Position numbers and translations under genes: made by a program
Assembly (NCBI GenBank): GCA_014905635.1
Contig: JABVCE010000019.1
Coordinates: 248,001 to 312,000, forward strand
Source of the DNA: Scenedesmus sp. PABB004
Lineage: Eukaryota
Direction of reading: 5' to 3'
Length of the DNA stretch: 64,000 bases
Shown here: piece after piece, positions 58,739 through 64,000 of the stretch
Layout of the letters: every line of letters begins with the position of its first letter
How positions within the stretch are numbered: the stretch's first letter is position 1
The notes under the pieces: model-generated
The model's input: only the letters and a program-made list of their open reading frames with translations
What the model was told of the DNA's origin: nothing
Database searches by the model: none

Positions 58739-61029
58739 TCACGCCACCACCCAGAGGTCCAGCGCGCGGTCGGGCGCCGCCACCGCGGCGCGCGCGACCG
58801 CGTCGGGCGGCGCGCTCGCGACCGCGGCGCAGCGCACCAGCTCCAGGCTGGCCAGGCTGCCGCTGCCGCGCGCGAGCGCCTTGACGCCCGCGAGCGTGAC
58901 GCCGGGCAGCGCGACGAGCACGAGGCGGCGCAGCCGGGGGCAGGCAAACAGCCGCACGAGGCCGCGGTCCGTGAGCTGCGCCGCGCACGCCGCGTCGCCG
59001 CCCGTCGTGGCGCTCGCGCCGGCACCCGCGCCCGCGCCGCCCGCCGGCGGCGCGGCCGCGGCGCCGAGGTGCAGCTCTGTGACGGCCGCAAAGGCGCCGC
59101 CGGGCGCGGCGACGCTGCGCACCGCGTCGCCGACCCACTCGTCGCTCAGGCCGGACAGCTCCAGCAGCGCGAGCGTGGCGAGGCGGGGCAGCGCCAGCAG
59201 CGGCAGCAGGGGCCGCGCGTGCAGCGCCGCGCCCGGCTCGTCGGCCGGGCCGCCCGCCAGCCGCAGGCTGGTCAGGCCTGCGCACGCGCGTGCGTTGCGG
59301 GGCGTGAGGCGGCGGAGCGGGGGCGTGAGGCAGCAAAGCACGCCCGCGGGGCGCCGGCCCGTCGACCGGCGCGCGCTGCGCACCGGTCAGCGACGCGAGG
59401 GCCGCCGCGCCAGCCGCGTCGATTCCCCAGCCGGCAATCTCAAGCGAGAGAAGGCCCGGCCAGGCCCGCCCCAGGCCGCCGAGCTGCAGGGCGGGGCGGC
59501 CGCGCAGGCTCATGCCGGAAAAGACGCCCGCCAGGCCGCCGGCCGCCGCGGCGGCGCCGCCGTTGCGCGGCGCCGTCGCGAGCAGGGCGAGCGCGGTGAC
59601 GCCCGGCAGCGCCGCGCACGGCCCGGCCACGGCGGGCTGCGCGGTGGGCGCGCCCATGGAGACGCGCGCCAGGCGGCGGCAGGCCCGGCCCAGCTCGGCG
59701 AGCGCCGCCGCCGCCAGCGTGCACGGAGCGACGCACAGCGCGGCGAGACCCGGCAGCGCCGCGAGGCGGCCCAGCTCCGCGCTGCCGGCGAGGTCGCAGC
59801 CGGACAGGTCGAGCTCCGACAGGCTCGCCACGCCCGCGGCGAGCTCGAGGCAGCTCAGCGGCAGCTCGGGCATGCCGGACAGCACGAGCCGCGCGAGGCG
59901 CGGCCGCACCGCGGCCGCGATCGCCGCCAGCAGCGCCCCGACCGCGCGCAGCGCGCCGCCGCGCGGCGGCAGCCCCACCGCCGCCAAGCTGACCAGGCGG
60001 CCGCACCTGGCCAGCCCCAGCTCGTCGGCGGCCTGCAGCCGCGCCAGCTCGCTCGGCGTCAGCGCGGCGCCCCCGCCCGCGCCCTCCGGGCCGGCGCGCG
60101 CGTCGGCGGGCGGCGGCAGCCGCTCCAGGTGCAGGGACGTGAGGCTGCTGGCCGCGCCGCCGAGCCGGCCGAGCGCGCCGGGCTCGTACCCGCCGACCGT
60201 CCTCAGCGTGAGGGCCGCCAGCAGCGGCAGCTCCGCGAGTGCGCCTGCCGCGGCGCGTGCGCGGCGGGCGGGGCTGCAGATGGGCGGCGCCGCGGCCGCG
60301 GCCGGCCTGCCCCCGGCGCGCCCGCCTCGCGCGCGCGCCCCCGTGGCGCGCACCCGTGGCGCGCGCCGTGAGCTGCGCATTGGCCTCGATGGTCACCGCG
60401 CTAAGCTGGATGGCGTGCAGGGGGATCGACTTGACGATGAGCGCCAGGTCACACAGCCGGTCAAACACGCGCTGCGGTGCAAGTCAAACGCGCAGCGCAG
60501 CGGGTGTGACAGCGGTGTCGGGGCGGCGCTGTCAGCTGCCGCGCGGCGCGCCGCCCCCGTGCTCCGCGCGGACGCGCACCGCGCACTCCAGGCGCAGCTC
60601 AGTGAGCGCGGGCAGGCGCGGCAGCTCGTGCAGCAGCAGCTCCGCCATGATCTGGCTGAGCTCGTCAAAGGTACGCGGCGCGACGACGACGACGGCGGCG
60701 TGCGGGAAAGCCGCGCCACGGCGCCGCGCCGGCCGCGCCACCGCCGCCGCCGGCGCCGCCGCCGCCACCGGCGCCGGGGCCGCGGGCGCGGGCGCGCCGT
60801 CGCTGCCCGGCGGCCGCGCTGGCGCCGGCGGCGGCGCGCGGCCGGCGAGCCAGCGGTGCCCGAGCCGCAGCTGCACCACGCCCGCGAGCGCGAGCAGGCA
60901 GGCGTGCTTGCAGGACAGCGCGAGCGCGCGGCGGTCGTGCGGGCAGAGGTGCGCGAGCAGGCGGCCCGCCGCAGCGCTGCCCGGCAGAAGCCCCAGCAGC
61001 GCCGGCAAGGCCGCCTCCGCCGCCGCCAT
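58739..61029 (-). CDS. Leucine-rich repeat (RNI-like) protein with F-box-like N-terminus
   Basis: LLAHLCPHDRRALALSCK; LPALTELRL, LTSLHL, LSELDLSGC, LTDRGLVRLFACPRLRRLVL; introns near 60580, 60360 and 59380. Confidence 0.75.
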
Positions 61030-61585
61030 CACCACGGCCCCGCCTGTGTGGCGCTGGCGGTGTGAGTGGGCTGCGGCCGGCCTGCCGGCGCGGCGCGTGC
61101 CTGACGCGCCGCTGCGGCGCGCCCACCTCGCGCCAGCGGCTGTCCGCCCTCTGAGCGCAGGCCGGGGCAGTTGGTGGCACCCTGGGCGGCTCCGCGTGTC
61201 CGTGCGGTCAGCGGCGGCGGCGCGCGCGCGAGCAGCGGCGCGTGGCGTGCGGTGCGCGGCGGCCAGGGCCCTGCGCGTGGCTTTCCGCGGCTGGAAAGGC
61301 CGTTGAAAGGCTCGGCTCGGGCTGGCGCGCGCAGCGGCGCGTCGCGCGGCGCGGTCCAGCGGCGGCGGCGCAGCGGTGGACCGCGGCACGCAAGCGGCGC
61401 AGCGATGTCGCTCAACGTTTCCCGCGCCTCCAGTGCGCTCCGGCCACCGTTTCGCTCGCGCAGTGCAGCGCGCAGCCAGCCGGGAGGGCGCTCGGCCCGC
61501 CGCGCGAGCGGAAGCCAGCACGCGCCCTCGCGCGCCCACGCGCCGAGCGAGCCGCCCCCACAGCTCCAGATCGACTTCACGCACT

Positions 61586-64000
61586 TCACTCGTCGTCTTC
61601 AGGGCCAAACAGCGGGTCCTCGCGCAGCCACTCCTCGGCGGGCCGGCCTGAACGGGCGGCGCGGGCGCCGTCTGACAGCCGCGCGCTGGCCGCAGCCCGG
61701 TTGCGGCGCGCGTCCCCCCGGCCCGCCCCAGCGCCGCCGCCTCACCGATCTCGTCGTCGGTCAGCAGGCAGGCGTCGAGCAGCTCCGTCACGCGCTCGAC
61801 GCGCAGCGACTGGCCGATGAACACCTGGCGCCAGCGGGCGGGCGCCAGGGCAGAGCGCTCGGTGAGGCGCCCGGCGCGGCCAGCCCGGCCGGCAGCGAGC
61901 CAGCCAGGACCGCCGCTGCGCGCGCCGCACCAGCTCCTGCCGCCGGTCGCCGACCTCGGCGTCGTCGCAGAAGTCGGCCCGGATCTGGTCGCGCGTGTCG
62001 GCGTCCTCCGGCCACTCGTCCTCGGGCATCGTGGCAAACCAGGGGTGGCCCGCGCTCAGCTCGAGCAGCAGGCCGCTCGCCGACCACTCCACGACGAGGT
62101 CCGGCATCGAGGCGAGCCACACAAAGCCCTTGGACCTGCGCGCGGGCCGGCAGGCAGGTAGACAGCGGGCGGCGTCAGGCTCGCCCACGGCCCGGCTCTG
62201 CCGGCACGGCCTGGCCGCCGCGCGCTCACCTGAGCAGGCAGCCACCGTCGGTCAGCAGGCGGGCCTGCGACGCGCGGATCTCGCGGCGCGCAGCCTCGAA
62301 CTCCTCCAACCCCTCCCGGGCCTCGTCGTCGTCGTCGCCGTCGTCGTCGCTGCCATCGCTGCTCGCGTCGGACCCCGACTCGCCGTCGCCCTCGGCCTCA
62401 GTGCTGCTCGCCTCAGACTCCTCCTCCTCCTCCTCCTCGTCCTCCTCCTCATCGCTGTCGCCCTCGGGCGGGGCCTGCGCCGGCAGCGCGCACGGCCGCG
62501 GGCGGGCCGGTCAAGCGGGCCGGTCGGGCCTCGGCCTGGCTGATGAGACCCCATGCAGCCCGCCGGACCCAGCCGCGCGCGTGGCGCGGGGCCGCGCGCC
62601 TGCGTGACGCGCGTGAGGAACGCCTGCTTGAGCAGGCCGAACAGGCGCCCCGGGTGGAAGGGGCGGCGCGCGCGGTAGACACATGAAGCGATGCCATACT
62701 CCTCGCTCTCGGGCATGCCGCCGCGCAGCAGCTGCGACAGCGCCGCGGGGCCGCCCGCCGCGGCGCCCGGCGGCGGCAGCGTGCGCAGCAGCGACAGCCA
62801 GCCGGGCGCCTGCGCCGCCTGTTGGTGTGCGCGCGCGAGCGAGCGGGGGCAGCGCAGCGGGTGAGTCCGGGGTCACAGGCCAGCGAGATGAGATGAGCAG
62901 GCGCAGGCCAGCAGCCCCTAGGCCAGGGGCTCATCACGCACGTCCTGCATGCTGAACCGCCCCGTCAGCAGCACCTCGGCCAGCGGCACGTCGCAGCGCG
63001 TCGTCGGCACGAGGCGCGCGCGCGGGTTGAGCGCGGCGAGCTGCGCGGCGAGGCGCGCGGCGCCGGCCCGCCGCGCGGCCTTGCCCCCGGGCAGCAGGTC
63101 GGTCTTGTTCAGCAGAATGACGTCTGACGTCCAAGGCGGGGCCAACCGCGGCAGGCAGGCAGCGCAGGGGCGCGGAGCGAGCGAGTGCGCGGGGGGTCAG
63201 CGTCGCCCCGGGAGCGGCGCGCCGGCAGCCCTGCTGGCTTAAACCCTAAACCTAGAAACCCAGGGCTCCGCGAGCTTTGCACTAGCTCGCGCTCACCCGC
63301 AAACTCGATCTGGTCAAGGAGCAGGTTGGCGATCGTGCGCGCGTCGCCCTCGGGCACCTCGGCGCCGCCGTACCTGTCGCGGCCGGGCGGCGCGTGAGGG
63401 GCAGCGCCGCGCGGTGCGTCGGGGCCGAGCGAGCTAGCGCCGCGGCGGCAGGGCGAGGCAGCGCCTGGGCGGGCCAGGCGGGCGCCGGGCGGCTGGCCGC
63501 AGCGCGCCTGTCCTTGAGCTCCTCAATCGAGTGCAGGTTGTCGGCGAAGGCGCTCGCGTCCACGACGGTCACGCACGTGTCGAGCCGCACAAAGTCGCCG
63601 AGGCTGAGTTCGGCCAGCGGGTCGGCTGCGGCGGCGGGCTCGGCAGGCTCGGCCGCGCCGGGCTTGGCGTCCCCCCGGCCGGCTGCGCAGCGGCCTTGAC
63701 CCACGCGCACGCGCCGTCGGGGCACGCCTCGGCGTGCGCGGCCTGGTTGGCGCGGATCGCGGGCAGCAGCCTGACCAGCGCCGCGCGCGCCTCGGGCGGC
63801 AGCTCGCTCGCCGGCAGCGGGAACGCAAAGGTCTCGGCCACCGCCATCGGCTCGGAGATGCCTGGCGCGGGCAGGGCGAGAGGCAGGCGGCGTCATCGGC
63901 CGGCCGCGGCAGCGGCCGAGGCGGGCGGCAGGGTGGCAGGAGGGGTGCAGCGAGCGCGCAGGCCAACGCCCGCGCGCTGGTTAGCCCCAGGGGATGATGA
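61586..64000 (-). CDS. CobW/COG0523 G3E GTPase (zinc metallochaperone-like), 5' part beyond the window
   Basis: GISEPMAVAETF, LDTCVTVVDA, LLLDQIEFA|DVILLNKTDL, LNPRA, PESEEYGI..YRARRPFHPGRL, RSKGFVWLAS, GDRRQEL|VFIG, LDACLLTDDE. Confidence 0.93.

Overview
Eukaryotic nuclear DNA with extremely high GC (roughly 75-80% by eye) and many short spliceosomal introns. Gene content, TGTAA poly(A)-type signals and TTTAGGG-like motifs suggest a chlorophyte green alga, probably Sphaeropleales (inference). Most long six-frame ORFs are GC artefacts; the real genes were rebuilt by hand from exons. In order they are: an RNase III-like terminal exon, IPP isomerase, ribosomal L33, a hypothetical membrane protein, alpha-glucan water dikinase (GWD), a MYND-finger protein, a Sas10/Utp3 protein with a neuroguidin/Lcp5-like middle, COQ8/ABC1 kinase, an ATG11-like protein, MAM33 glycoprotein, an intronless RCC1-repeat pseudogene, FKBP62/ROF1-like PPIase, a secreted bacterial-type substrate-binding protein, a very large secreted RCC1 + SH3b-like protein, an LRR protein and a partial CobW/COG0523 GTPase. 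Five observations stand out. (1) A GWD intron holds three tandem hairpins with a conserved, covarying basal stem and different upper stems, resembling a miRNA cluster. (2) A 9-exon secreted NMT1/SsuA-like binding protein sits between ~1 kb direct repeats that carry a palindrome cluster. (3) A 14xRCC1 + 4xSH3b-like secreted architecture is present. (4) GC-AG introns are unusually frequent, and telomere-like motifs are polarised at intron ends. (5) Gene cassettes are repeatedly bracketed by long duplications. All family assignments come from motif recognition only; no searches were run, and exon boundaries are approximate.
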